From Tubiluchus corallicola (lineage: Eukaryota; Animalia; Priapulida): a DNA stretch of 64,000 nucleotides. How positions within the stretch are numbered: the stretch's first letter is position 1; each line of letters opens with the position of its first letter. The stretch is taken from assembly GCA_030141605.1 (NCBI GenBank), contig JAQGDQ010000494.1:1-64000 (forward strand), given 5' to 3'. Under the pieces are notes generated by a model. The model was not told where the DNA came from. It was given only the letters and a program-made list of their open reading frames with translations, and ran no database searches. Shown here one piece after another: positions 37,100 to 50,599 of the stretch. The position numbers were made by a program, and so were the translations under genes.

Positions 37100-37577
37100 A
37101 TTGTCTGAACATTAGTTCAGAATAAAGAATGCTCTAAACTATTGAAAACTACAATAGCTTTTTTTAAATCAAAGCTTAGATGAAATAATAATTACGTCGG
37201 ATACTCAAATTTCGTTAAACTTTCAAAGCTGGCTCAGTGAATCTACTAAGATTGGCGGCGACGCTTTTTTGTCACGTTCACGTGTTCGACAAATAGAAGG
37301 CGGTACCGTGATAACCACGATCATGACCTGCAGTGTTAGTTTCATGACATCATACGATGTAAAGTCCATTTTTCGTGACATCACGTGTTTAAGCAGTACT
37401 GTAACACTTATGCAAATGTGCTTGACGTGCAAGGGAAGATGCCTACTAAGCAATAGCTGTGTTCGGTTGCCGTTAATTAACTTTCTAAGCTAATTATTTT
37501 ATAGGCAAGAAAATGTTTATTTTGGACAGTAGATTAAAATGAGATTAAGTCTAAGCAATCGTCCAGTCTTCCTTTAA
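37100..37577 (-). mobile_element. Kolobok-like element, family B
   Basis: Reverse-complement homology to 2990-3510; ends gtccagtcttcctttaa. Confidence 0.6.
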
Positions 37578-37814
37578 ATAACTAAGCATTTTCTTTTCCA
37601 ATTACTTAAAGTCTCTCGAACAGGTAAGCATAAAGCTAAGTAATATAACTTTACGTGGGAAGCTTTCTGAAACATAAACTACGATTTCCTTTTGTTCTTT
37701 AAGTATTGCACTGACTTGGCAACTACTTATACCAAACACAACGTCAAACCAGCATCCACAGCAGTCATAAAGTAACTTTTGGCAACACACTAGCAAAAGT
37801 TATAACAATCTTAC

Positions 37815-37940
37815 CTGTGTTTGCATTTCCAAGTCTGAGCTGTTTTTCGGTCAAACTGTCATAGTATTCGTTCAGGGCTTGCATAACTGTATCCAACTTG
37901 GGAGAAAATTCACACATCTGGATCCAAAACTTTGAAACAT
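37815..37940 (-). CDS. Tudor protein exon 6 (VSKFWIQMCEFSPKLDTVMQALNEYY...)
   Basis: tttcag acceptor and g|gtaaga donor; FWIQ motif. Confidence 0.9.
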
Positions 37941-37961
37941 CTGAAATTGCAGCATTGTAAG

Positions 37962-38008
37962 AACAGCAGCAGCAACAACAGCAACTGCAGCAGCAGCAGC
38001 AACAACAA

Positions 38009-38040
<32 letters not shown>

Positions 38041-38073
38041 ACAGCAATGACAACGACACAACAACAACAACAA

Positions 38074-38105
<32 letters not shown>

Positions 38106-38160
38106 ACGACACAACAATGACGACAACAACAAGAACAATAACAACGACAACAACAACAAA
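37962..38160. repeat. Mixed (CAG/CAA/CGA)n trinucleotide tract
   Basis: Directly visible, intronic, about 20 nt from an acceptor. Confidence 0.95.
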
Positions 38161-38489
38161 AGCATTGCTAACAAGATAATGAATATTGTGCAAGGTGAAC
38201 AATATATTGATTTTTTTTATTTTTAGCTCAGCTCTCATTGTTATTTTGTAAGACTTTAAAGCACAAGAAAGCACTCTTCATAATAAAGCTTAAAAGATTC
38301 CTCCTGAAATTTTATATCACCTCATTGCTGTTCATACAGGGATTGCATTCGCAGTAACACTGCATAAAACTTGAAAATTTAAATTCCCGCAATGACCGTC
38401 AGGCACAGCCATTTTCAGGTAAGTCGTTTGAGTTACGCTAGTCGCTTGTCAGTACCACTTTTGAATCAATATGGGAATTCAATACATAC

Positions 38490-38720
38490 CTTCAATATGG
38501 GAAATCACCACGTCTGCAAAATCGCCGACATTTACATCTAAGAAGATGATGGGGTAAGCGGCAACGGGAGCAGATTTTGGCAGCGATGACGATCGCGTTG
38601 TGCTAGATTCACTACCTGACCTGTCGCTGCCACCTGTTGTTGGATTTGCGAACTTTTGAGAGATCAGTTCGTGTGCGACGTTTTTACCTTTCACTGTGTC
38701 AATGTCCACAAGGTAAGTGT
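38490..38720 (-). CDS. Tudor protein exon 5 (TYLVDIDTVKGKNVAHELISQKFA...VVISHIE)
   Basis: tgtttag acceptor and g|gtatgt donor; phase 1/1. Confidence 0.9.
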
Positions 38721-39492
38721 CTAAACAAGAAATAATAAATAAATAAACAAATAAATCCTTAAATAAACAATTATATTAACTGCTACTTCTTAAATGTTTC
38801 GCATTCCGGAAAAAAATTTTCCTAACACAAAACAACACAGTAATACAATTAACTGGTAACAAAACTATTTGAATTGAGTTCACTCACAGTAATAACTCTG
38901 TATGGGATTCAATAAAAATGAGAAATACAAAAGAACAGAAGATCAATATGCCCTTAAGTCTCAGAAAGTAATGTTTATTTTCTCCGATAGTTTTCATCCC
39001 TCAGTAAAGACCCTCGTGGTAAAATCAGAAAATCTGAAAAGAACTGCTGCACTAGTGCTGCCATCTTCAGGGACTGCAAGGGCCTCAGAGATCAATCCAA
39101 TGGCATCTTGCATTGAGAGAAACTCTCTTACAGCCCATGAGTGATTCAGAGCACCTTGTTGAAAAACCACATTGTTATAAGCCAAGGAACAGTGTGGTCC
39201 ATACAGGTGCTCTGTATTGCCCATGAACTTCAGTTTCTAACGTTATTTCCTCATTTCTAAAGTTACAATCGTCGCCATAGCAACAGAGTTTCAATTAAAA
39301 ATAAATAAAAAGAAAATTGTCAAAGGCCCCTTTTGGTTGATGTAACGGCTTGCTGAGATTGAAGAAAAATTAAGAAAATTAGAAATCAAAGTGTGCAGGG
39401 ACTTTTGAGACACCCTGTACTTTCCTAAAGAAAAAAAATGTCTGCATTTGAAACTGGATTCGAAATTGGATAAATTCATTAAAACTGCTTAC

Positions 39493-39649
39493 TCTCAAAC
39501 TTGGCGTAGAAAGTGCACACGGATTCATCTCCGAACAGATCCGCGAGGAACGAGTGAGTGGGCGTGGCCCAACGGTGACCGGCCGGTTTCACGCCCTTCA
39601 GGCGACAGCTAATAGCCTGTCGTGGCAACAGCAAGAACTCGGTCTTAAT
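39493..39649 (-). CDS. Tudor protein exon 4 (IKTEFLLLPRQAISCRLKGVKP...FYAKFE)
   Basis: ttttcag acceptor and a|gtaagc donor; LP.QA..C.L.GV.P motif. Confidence 0.92.
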
Positions 39650-40602
39650 CTGAAAATGTCAACATAATCACACAGAACGTCTGCACCAAGTTGAGCACTG
39701 CTGAATCCGCTCAGTAACTGCTCAGGCAGTTAAATTCTGTTTATTTTTTTATAAATAATTACCACACAACACTAAACTCATGAATATTGTCATTTATACT
39801 TTGTTTTTGTTTTGATAATTTGTAGAAGATTCCCAAGTATCGCATATCATTGCTTAAGTGCTTTTTTCTGTCATTGTAAAAGTTATAACATTGTTAAATG
39901 AAACGTTCATTTAACATAATACATATATACATATATACATAAAATTATATGTTAATTGTCTCACTTTTTGTTTAAAAACTACTAACAAATAAGATTAAGC
40001 CTAGTAGAAATATATCTGTCACTCGCATCATATTAAAAAAAAACATCCCACACCAGCTACGCCACACGACACCACCCACGCGACGCCACCGGCACCTCGC
40101 CACAAAACAACAGCCAGCAGCAATAAAAAATGTTTTGCACAATGTTGAAACTGAGTGAGAGATACAAAACACAATCACTGATGATCAATAATGCAGGAAC
40201 ATTCTACATAATCTTTGCTTTCTGCTCCCGACACGATGACAATAAATCAATTATGCGCAAGCATTCCACGTGGTATTTGCACATTTCTCTCAAAATGAGG
40301 GCAATAACCTGGCTGTTATCAGACGCCTATTTACAATTGATAAGGAGTCCAAATTATGTTATTCAAATAGACAAAGCTGTCAGTTTATACTGTCTAACGT
40401 GAAAACAAGTAAATATATAAGCAGACGTTAATACCATCACCGGCTGCTCTGTTCAATAATAAATATTTCCATAAATTGTAAAACACATAGACTAATTTCA
40501 AGTGTAAAATTTTTTTATGTGAAGAATGTATAATGCATACTTTTTTGTTCATTGCAATGCAGAAGTGCATTTTCTATGTTTTGAAGTGTAATAAAGGAAA
40601 TC

Positions 40603-41228
40603 TTAAAGGAAGACAGGATGATTTTTCATATACTACCCCATTTTCAAGTCCCACTAAAAGTATACATTTTAAGACAATTAATACTGCAAAGTGTTTCTGG
40701 TAATTAAATAATAGATTAAAAATTTAATTAACAACAGGCGAGCCCAACTATTGATGACATCACAAACTAACATAATTTTCAACAACGAAAATATTCTATG
40801 AGCGTGTTGCACGTGCTTGCGAAAGCGATAATTAAAGTTCAGTGCTACTGTAAGATATTCAATGTGTTGTACTAAAACTAGGCAAGTTTTAAGATAAAAA
40901 TTCAAATTTCAAATTTCCCGATGTGCTCACGCGTGAGCTGTCGAACATGCGTAGTTCGTCACAAACTAACACATCTGAACTGAGAGGTACAGCATCTGTT
41001 TTTTGTACAATGCAAGTAGGAAATGCAGGCACTAGTACCCGTCTAACTAGCGAATGGTGAAATGCATGTAACAGCGAAGAACTAGTGGCGCAAACGCAAA
41101 ATTGTGTTTGTGTGGTAATAATTCTTTCACGTAAGTCATTTTTGAAAAAGTAGTATGTTGCCTTTCAATATTTTAAAGAGTAGATTGTGTTGACCTAGAA
41201 TTTAAGATTTGGTCCGGTTTTTCTTTAA
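40603..41228 (+). mobile_element. Kolobok-like element, family A (most complete copy)
   Basis: TTAA at both ends with imperfect TIRs aggaagacagga / tccggttttttct. Confidence 0.75.
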
Positions 41229-41467
41229 ATCTTATAGCAATCAGCTTATCGGTACCTAATTGCACGGGATGCTGACGGGTTACTAGCTGAATCGGAAGCT
41301 GGGAAACAAATTTCTGGAAAATTTGTAGTTATGTGCATCAATTTCCACCAGGGAACGTTTCCTTAATGAGACTGTTTCATCTACTAAATCAACATGGACA
41401 TACATTGTCTCAGACAATGACACAAACTTTCCAGTTAACTTGTACCTATGCAATAATTAGAAATTAC

Positions 41468-41554
41468 CTGTTTTAGTTCGCGAAGCGTTCTCGTATCTGT
41501 GTTACCATAATCCACAAATAACACTTGAATGGCGTCGCCACTGATGCTGATGAT
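41468..41554 (-). CDS. Tudor protein exon 3 (IISISGDAIQVLFVDYGNTDTRTLRELKQ)
   Basis: tatttag acceptor and cag|gtaatt donor; VLFVDYGN motif. Confidence 0.93.
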
Positions 41555-42059
41555 CTAAATAGTAAAAAAAGACGTTAATTCAGTCAGACAGTACATATGT
41601 TACCTTAAGCAAACCAGGTAATTAACTAATGAAGAACTTACCTGTGCTCCACATCAGATTCTGTATATATAAAATAAAGCATAATTGTACGTTAGCTAAA
41701 GGTAGGATGTTAAAGGATAAAGATTTGGTGATATGATACTTTTTTCCAAAGACGGGACATCGATAATTTGTTCATCAGACGACACAATACGATAAACTAT
41801 TTTGACCAATAAATACAATACTGGACGTGTGGTTAGTTATCGTGCAAAGAGTCTCGGTGTATGGCAACACCGTATTTTTATAAGCTGTTTACTTATAAAT
41901 AACCTTATAAACAATTCTTTTTATCTTCTTTTTGCATAACGAAGAGTGAACATTTCTATAAGACAGACAGACATGTCTCTAAGACAGAAAGAGAAGCAGC
42001 GATATGCACCAATAATGCGATACAGTAAGTATATTTTTAGAATATTATCAATTTCTAGA

Positions 42060-42530
42060 ATAAAACAAATATGGCCGACAATAAAATACTTCTGATTCTA
42101 CCTAATCGCCCGAGTAATATGTTTTTATCACGCAGTCGGCAGGGTCATATACTTACATCACTCAGTCATATAAAAGCATATTTTTTATTTAATATGTAAA
42201 ACGCAATAATAATTATAACATCGTTCTTTCGGGGAACACAAGACGCCGCCATGTTTTTCCAAGGCTAACTCTTGGTCAGGGTTTCCATTTTGTATGATGC
42301 TCATTGTATTGGAGGCTAAAAAGTAGAGAATTTTCTGCCAAATTGGTGTATTGAAGCCCGAGTAGTGTTGCCGCTTATACCATAATTATCAGAACATACA
42401 CATTCATGATACAAAAAAGAGGCTATACAATAATCGATAATTACACGATAATTTAGTAATGCAAAACTAAAAAAACAAAGCATGAAAAAATGTGCATTGA
42501 AAAAATTTAAAACATTACTGCTAACCAGTG
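42060..42530. repeat. Dispersed repeat; second copy at about 48265-48620
   Basis: Shared taaaatacttctg..ctaat(c/t)gccc and gagtagtgtt..taccataattatcagaacata segments. Confidence 0.75.
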
Positions 42531-42849
42531 GGAAATAAACAGCTTTGATTTTAACTGATTTTAAATAGTCCACGAATCAGCTTTAGACATTCACAAAAGC
42601 TTTAAATTCTTCCTCCCTCCCTACTGACTCCCTCCTTTTGAGCTCATCAGGTTAAGACAGAAACATTTTTTTGTGGCTGGCCTACGTGTAGTTACATGTA
42701 AACTATACACAAGTTGTAGGTCAAAATTGTAAATAATTACTACTGTATAAAGCTACTTGCTTGAACCACTTGTGATAAAAGTCAGATGACCTGATTTAGA
42801 AAAACAATGCAATAAGATGATCATGTACAAGACTAAATAATGGTAGATG

Positions 42850-43260
42850 CCCACACTGTATCTCGACACTAGGCGGAGGAGATAGACAAGTCAAGCGACC
42901 CAAAGGCCATGTGTAGAGGAGTAAACCTTCCAAATCACGAGTGGAGTCCCAAAGGTGGACCAGTGCAGCATGCTCACTGACCGAGGCAGCTCCTGCAGCC
43001 AACCTGGTGCCAAACGTATCGCTCCGCTTTCCTTTGGACTACACCAGGGAGGAAGAGAGGGGGTTCCTGTTGTCTGGGCAACTCAGGATCTCTATACACC
43101 TTGCCCAGGCGTGCGCCCTGGAGAGGCCACTCCAGTGGTTCAAGGATCGCACTGCTCAGCCACAGTTGACGCTGCAGCTCCATCAATGTGATCAATAACT
43201 GACTCTCTTGGCGCACACTCCATTGTCTTCCGAGACAGAAGGATGCCAACAACAACAAAT
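42850..43260 (+). mobile_element. Probable SINE or non-autonomous non-LTR element with (AAC)n tail
   Basis: GC-rich island in an AT-rich intron ending gaaggatgccaacaacaacaa; no splice signals that fit the gene. Family not identified. Confidence 0.4.
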
Positions 43261-43665
43261 AATGGTAATGGCAACAGTTTGCCCACAAAAATGCTTTTGT
43301 TAATTTAGAATAATAATGATAGATAATAATGGTACACAGGAATGAGAAGAAATGGGCAAAATCCTGATACACTAAACAAGTTCACTACCTTTGAAATGTA
43401 AAAACTGCAAATTCACTGCTTTCGTGAGCCAGATGACCCTCGTGGTTCACAAAAAATGTCTAGCAAGTTAACAATTACAACAGCTTACTTGTCAGCAAGT
43501 AATAATACTATTAAATGATAGAATTTTTTACCAATTATTTAGTGATTGTTAAAATTTTAGCAATTGTTAAAAGTCAGCAATAAGTCAGTTATTCAATCAG
43601 TCAGTAAATCACCCAAACTTGTATGCAAAAACACACCATAGGTAATTAAATAATAACGAGCTTAC

Positions 43666-43885
43666 CTGTGCTCTGTACCAGGCTCCGTCTTCGCTGTACT
43701 TGGCAACACATGGCATATTCACCTGCGGCGATTTCAGCGAGTCGGCAGACGATTTGGCTATAGAGGCGTAGTAAGTTTGCAAAGCTAACTTCATCTCTTC
43801 TAACTTGGCTTCATCCCGTGCGAGTTGACAATAGAAGTGGTCCGGGTTGACAACCCAGGAAATGAAGACCCGCTCTTTTTGTCCG
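43666..43885 (-). CDS. Tudor protein exon 2 (GQKERVFISWVVNPDHFYCQL...CVAKYSEDGAWYRAQ), Tudor domain 7
   Basis: ttaatag acceptor and cag|gtaagc donor. Confidence 0.94.
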
Positions 43886-44246
43886 CTATTAAAAAGAAGC
43901 ACTTTACAAATCAGCTTAGAGCGAGACCCTACCATATCAATTTCACGAAATGACCGAAACTAGATTAACTGTGGCATGAAAATGAAGTGATTTTAAAATA
44001 TGCGTTACAAGGTGGGTGCATAGCTGAGTGAACAGACGGGTGAATCATTTTGATATTCATTCTTGGCAGTTCATTTGCCATAATGATTCTGTCTGTTTAC
44101 CCAATCAATAACAACCAATATTCAATATTCAAAGAATCCAAGTTACATATGTGCATCTATCTTTACGAAGAAAGGGAATATTTCAACAAAGTCACATTTG
44201 TAGAGGACAGATTACCATGCTTTATGTGAAAAATAACATTTCTTAC

Positions 44247-47200
44247 CTGTTAATTACAGGTTCTTCGTAGCCCCCTACAACACTGGACCGTGGCGATAGT
44301 GACCTCGACCGATCCAATGAAGATTCCAAGTCATTAGTCGACAGAGCGGCACCCGCCTTGACCATTGCACTTGCGATGTTCTCATTGTTTGTTTCACTCT
44401 CCAGTTCCACCAGGAAGGTGCCATCGGCAGTGGTGGACACTCGCTTGGCTGCCACGTCCGAAAACATGACCATATTTTCAAACTGCTTAATGTCGTCATC
44501 AGACCAGTCGCCGCGTTTCGGCTTGACACCTGCGAGGCTACACTTCAGTGCCTGCTTCGGCAAGAGGAGAAGATCCGATTGGATAGCCTTGATTTCTCTA
44601 CTGTCGACAGTTTCGACGTTCCCATAGTCGACAAACTGTACCTTGACACTCTTTCCCTCAACTGCGATAATTTCGGCCCGGTACCAGTGGTTGTCCTCGC
44701 TGTACCGAGCACAACACGGCATTCCAATGCTGGCATTAGTTATTTCTTCTTCCCTAAATGACAGCTGATTGTAGCGAGATTCTAATTTGGTCATAATCTC
44801 GTCAAGCTTTCTGGTTTCGCTTGAAAGTTGGCAGTAGAATTCCGAAGGAGTCAATAGGTATTCTACAGCCACATTGACAAAGCCAGCACCCATGGGCTGA
44901 GGTACATACTTACGCATTCCTGGTTCCTTCTTCATGGGTTGTTCATCCCAGCTGTTCTCATTCTGATTCACAGCCACGTCTCGACTCAGGAAACTTGAAG
45001 CACCGCCATCTTGCCACGGCAGCTTCTTCGATTTTGTGCCGGCGAAGCTAGAAGCAGCATTTTGAACAGTAAACAATGATGATGATGAAGATGCTGCTCC
45101 CCAAGTCTTGCCGCTCTCAGACTGATCGTCCCAGCCATCTTCATGCGCTTCGCCGACGTGGTTTAACTTAGGTATTGAAAAGTCGGTAAAATTTGGTTTG
45201 GGTTTCCAACTGTCCTGCTTTGGAATGGCACCGAGGCTAGCTGGAGGCAGAGACGATATCATATCCCTGCACTTCTGGCTGACATTGTTGCCCTTTACAT
45301 CTGTCAATTCCATCTTCCAACGATTAGATTCCCAAGATAGACATTTGGCCGTAAAGCTTTTGTTTAACACAAGTTTTTGCACTTTCTCAATTTGTTCAGG
45401 CTGTAAGGTCACATGTTCCAAACCGCTAAGGATTCCAACGACACACTGCTCCGGCAATGTAAAAAACTCGTTACTGATGGCCTTGATCATCCACTTCTTA
45501 ACGAATTCAGTGTTGCCGTAATCGACAAACATTACCTCCACATCACCAGACTTTTTAATACCAACAACCTTTGTGCGATACCACAGATTATCCGCGCTGA
45601 ATTTGCTTACACAAGGTGAACCCAACTTAATATCTGATATTTTAGTTTCAGCACCACCTCTGTTTGTGCAATATGACTGCAGTTCTCGCATTAAATTGAT
45701 CAAGGCGTTATTAGTTGCAGTCATTTGGCAAAAAATCTCATCGGGTCCAACCATATGCGTTACAACCACTTCAAAAGGTTTATTAGTTTCCACTGGTGCA
45801 GGTATATATGAATCTCGCAAAACTTGATTGCTTGCCATGTCACCAGAACTACCACTTGGTGGCATCGAGTTGACCGACACGACATACTTGTTGTTTTCAG
45901 CTTTCGAGAGCACTTTTATCTCGGCTGTCGTATCAGCCATCAGTGTTTCAAACTCTTGATGAGTAAGCCCAGGTGGCATAGAAGACAGCTCACATTCAAC
46001 AGCCTGCTGCGGATAGTCCAGAAACATAGAATTTAGACACATCACAGCATTTTTGAACACACACTCCGTATTCCCATAATCAATGAAACGAATCTGTACT
46101 TGAGTATTATCAACGGATACAACTTTTCCCCTGTACCATTGGTTATCCACAGAAAACTTCACGGCACAGTAGTCATCTATGTGATTGTCTCCATCGGCAA
46201 AAAGCTTTTGCTCAATCGCTTTAGTATAATAATTGTTAAGTTTCTGTAAAAACGTCTCCAGCTCATCTTGACTGAAACGAGTTGGTTGTCCATAGAACTT
46301 TCCCGCAGATTCTATAGCCGATATAAACATGTGTTCTGTCGCATTCAGTGTCGGTTGTGGTATAAGAGCTTTAGGTTTTTCGAAGGTTTCAGCCGTTTTA
46401 GCTCCGAGTAGTTGATTGATGTTTTTGCCCGATATTTTCTCCGTCAGTTCAACAACAGCCATATCATTTGAGCAACGCACAACTCTCATACTAAAAGTGC
46501 ATTCTTCATATTTCTTTAAAATCTTTTCAATGTTGGTGTCGCCAGCAATACCGTGCAAAGAGCAGCGGATGGCCTGCTTTGGGACAGACAGGAATTCCGG
46601 CAGTAACACTTTGATTCGAGATTGGGGCAAGATTTCCCAGTTTCCGTAATCGACATACCGGACCTGGGCCTGGTATCCAGAGATGCTCATAACTTCTGCC
46701 CGATACCAGATTTCGTCTTCCGTGAACTGGCCACAGCACACATCACCCGGGCTGAGATTCTTGGCAAGAGGAACAGGCTTATCTGTGTAGAAATAGTCAA
46801 TTTTTGTCATCAAATCATCCAAGGTATTAATGTCTTTGACGATTTGACAGTAAAAACAGCTGTGCTCGATAGAACTGACTGTCACATCAGCCATGAAGCC
46901 GGGTGAGAGGATACAAGCCGCATAACACTTTACACCACCAGCAGAAGCCTGCGGCGGAATTCCGCTACTTTCGGGTGACTGCAAAGACGATCTGCCGGGG
47001 GCTAATCCGAGCTTCCAACTGATGGAAAGTTCCGAGTTGTTGTTAAAAAGCTCGACGGTGACTTTATCGGCAGCCGTAGTCTTCACAACCATTTTCAGCA
47101 CGTTTTCGTCCAGTTCATTTTGAAAAGCCTTGGTAATGTTTGGATTTTTCGCATGTTGAGATGCGGCACCAAACAGACTACAATGAACAGCCTGCATCGG

Positions 47201-48163
47201 CAAAGCGAGAAATTTCTCCGGAAGAGTTTTCAGTGAAGACTTTGTGACATTCTGCCTATTACCGTAATCAACATAAAGAACGTTGGCTGTATTCCCCGAC
47301 ACTGACAACACTTCTACTCTGTAAAAAAGGCCATCTTCTGAGTATTTGGTGCAGAGATTTGCACCAACTGCAACATTATTAGGAACTCTTTCCATGTCGG
47401 CAAGATTCTCGTAGAAAATATCCATCTCGGCCATCAAGTCATTTAGCTTCGTTTCCTCTGACTGCAGCTGTACGAAAAAGTCGGTCACCGAGTCCACGAA
47501 AGAGACGTACGCCATGTGCGTACTGTCCGGATGAACCACAAGTCTCTGCAGTTTGGTTGGCTGAGAAATTATCCTCCCCAATCTTTGCTCTACGAGCTTC
47601 TCGGCCAAACTCACATCACCGGCTTCATCCGTGAACACGTTTACCACGAAGGTTTGCTGCCCGTCCACGCCGAACTGTCTGCTGATGAACTTCACAAACA
47701 CCTCTTTGTCTTTCACTAACTGCGACACGTATGGGATCACATTGTCGTCCCAAACGTCACTGATAGGAACCACGTCACTTTGAATGCACATTGACGCTTG
47801 CGGCGGTAGAGACTGTAGTTCATTAGTCACGGTGCGTACATCGCAAGCCGGCACGATTTCTGTGTTACCGTAGTCCATGAAAAAGACATCTATCTGACTA
47901 TTTGCCATGTCGATGCCCTGTACCATGGCACGGTACCACTGGTTGTCTTCAGCAAATTTGGCACATACTATTTGGTCTATGCTCAAGAAGTGCATGTTAG
48001 GCGGCAACGAGTTGTCCAACATGTATACGCAACTGTCCATGAGTTCCTCCAGTCTCGTAACGCCGACATCGTCCAGCTGTGACCACAGTATGAGAAACTT
48101 GCGCTTGGTCTCCACGTGCGTCACGTACATTTTAGAAATGCCCTGATCATTCCGAGAAGCCAT
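44247..48163 (-). CDS. Tudor protein first coding exon, Tudor domains 1-6
   Basis: ORF 44243-48193; acceptor ttttttag before 48180; ATG at 48163 (MASRNDQG); donor ag|gtaaga; six DxxW/FYRx...DYGN repeats. Confidence 0.95.
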
Positions 48164-48746
48164 GCTCAAACAACGAAAACCTAAAAAACACAAACCTATA
48201 ACATCAGCTTCTAATGTTATATAGCACCTTCTATATCACCACACTCCAAAACAGCAACTCGGACGGACAATTAAAATACTTCTGCTTCCGTCTAATTGCC
48301 CAATTAATACTTCTTTATCATGCACCTGGCCAGGAATTTCATAATTTTTTTTACGTTAAAATACTTACTTGATGTTAACACATATATGCAGTCATATTTT
48401 TCTACGGCTAATTCACGGCCAGGGTTGCCGTTTTCTATGATGCTCATTGTCCTGGAGGTTAAAAAGAATCGAATTTTCTGTCAAATTAGTGTACTAATCC
48501 ATGGCCGAGTAGTGTTACCGTTTATACCATAATTATCAGAACATATGCTCATGATACAAAAAGAGACTATACAATAATTTAGTAAAGCGAGACTAAAAAG
48601 CAAAGGGTGAAAAGGCTTTTCTAATTTTAGTGCTGTAACTAATGTAAACAAATGGTCTGGAAATTAGTATGCTTCAAATAAATGTTTAAACTTATACAGC
48701 TCTCCAAAAATGCTTAACTCAGCAAAAACAGGCTTAGGTGTGTGGT

Positions 48747-49025
48747 AAAAATGCACAGGAAAAACATGGCACGGTAAAAATGGCACAAATGGAAAAGTAG
48801 GTACAAATGGCACAGGTAAAAATGTACAGGAAAAACATGGCACGGTAAAAATGGCACAAATGGAAAAGTATGTACAAATGACACAGGTAAAAATGTACAG
48901 GAAAAACATGGCACGGTAAAAATGGCACAAATGGAAAAGTGGTACAAATGGCACAGGTAAAAACGTACAGGAAAAACATGGCACGGTAAAAATGGCACAA
49001 ATGGAAAAGTAGGTACAAATAGCAC
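48747..49025. repeat. ~71-bp tandem repeat (~4 copies) built from aaatggcac subrepeats
   Basis: Directly visible. Confidence 0.9.
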
Positions 49026-50599
49026 ATGTATTACTTTGGATACTGATCATTTCAGTAACAAGAAATAATTAACGTAATTAGTATGCAAAATGTAATATAC
49101 AATAAATGTGGCTTAATAACCTCACTTCTGAATAAAGCGTTTTGATAGTCTGTTAAACATTCTGTACAAGGAAGAACTTCAAAAGGAAACAGCAATGCAA
49201 ACAATTAATCAAGTAGTTTCCATACATTTGTGAACAATGGAAACAATTGCAGTGGGACCAGTACATAACAGACTGAAAGCAGAATCACTATGTTAAGATA
49301 TTACTGATTGTTAGAAAAATGTACTGTTTGCTATTAAATTAGCTAGTGTTCATCACAATGTATATACATATACACCCAGAGTGGTATTGATATTGAAAGT
49401 ACACAAACTGTAGAGTTAATCTATTTGAGCAGCACAATGACAAGTGATATATTTATATATATATTCTAGTACTTGCAGTTATCAGTTACTTACTCTGTTG
49501 TCATTTTTATCAGGATTTATTGTTTTTAATGATTTTTTTAATGATCGTGAAGCTTTTACTACATTTTAAGTCTTTTACATTTTATATATTACTTTTCACG
49601 AGGTGATGAGATATTTTTATTGTTTGTAATTATACCAGTGTGTTTTAGATATAATATCGCGTTTCATTACGTTAATTTTTCGCAAATACTAAATATGAAC
49701 ATTTCTTTGCTTCAGATTCTAATACTAATTTAATGCAAATGAACTCATATTTTACTAAGCATGCCATTTTTTACTGTACCAGTTTTGGATATGCCTTTTT
49801 TAACCTACATTCAAAAGCAAAAACTATCTGTGCAAACTCATAATTTACACCTACAACTTCAGTTGATCAAATGTGTTGTTAAGAAGTGAACAAATGGTCC
49901 AATAGGCATTGGTGAATCATAAAAAATACAAATCATTTGTGCACCTTTAGTGTGTGCCACAGCCATTGTGAAGGAAAGCAGGAATGTACCAAGTATCAGA
50001 AACCTACCTAAATGTAAGTATTTCGAAATATCAGAATAATAATTTTCAAAATAATTCACAATTAAGCATAAATTGGATATCTGATCAAAATTAATCTACT
50101 CTGATAACAGTACATGCATTCTTTATTCATTACTACTTATTATTACAATTGTTATTACTTTATTTATTTAATTTACTTAGCAGTAACAACGTGCATTCTT
50201 TGTTCATCAAAAAAATTAAGTTTTAGCAGTGCGGAAGTACTGCTCATCTAAGTGAGTTGGCATAATCAAATCAGCTGACTGAACTCAATCATTTTTAAAG
50301 ATACTGAACTGTGATAGGGCAAGTTTACCATTAAATTTTATTATTTATATCATATATGCTTTGCCTAGACCTAATCTAAAGCTACGCAATTGGCAATGAT
50401 AAAGTTTAAACACTTAATAAAAGGCGTGAGATGAATTACTTCATGATTAAATAAAAAACGAGAGAGACGCTAAACTCTTAGCAGAATATTCATTCAACGA
50501 TGTTCTTAAGCACTTGTTGAGCATGCGCGAAAGTTTGCCGGGAAACTTATGTCACTGAAGCTTCATCACACTCATACAAAATATGGAAGCATAGTTGAA

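Larger units (their letters stand above)
20270..48163 (-). other. Multi-Tudor-domain germline scaffold gene (Tudor/TDRD6/TDRD15-like), 15 coding exons, ~3026 aa
   Basis: Exon chain closes in frame (9081 nt including stop). It has 10 extended Tudor repeats (C.AK.SED..WYRA...V.FVDYGN...LP.QA..CSL) and a ~3.9-kb first coding exon as in TDRD6-like genes. Orthology not established. Confidence 0.9.

Noticed and set aside
41642-41660. 19-nt microexon in the Tudor gene (cag|...CACAG|gtaagt)
   Set aside because: It is frameshifting and has no pyrimidine tract; exons 2 and 3 already join in phase.
42796-43372. ORFs of 68-132 aa in a GC-rich intronic island
   Set aside because: No recognisable domain; the (AAC)n tail suggests a retroposon remnant.
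31112-47719. Short + strand ORFs overlapping the Tudor exons
   Set aside because: Antisense shadows of long coding exons, with no independent motifs or splice signals.
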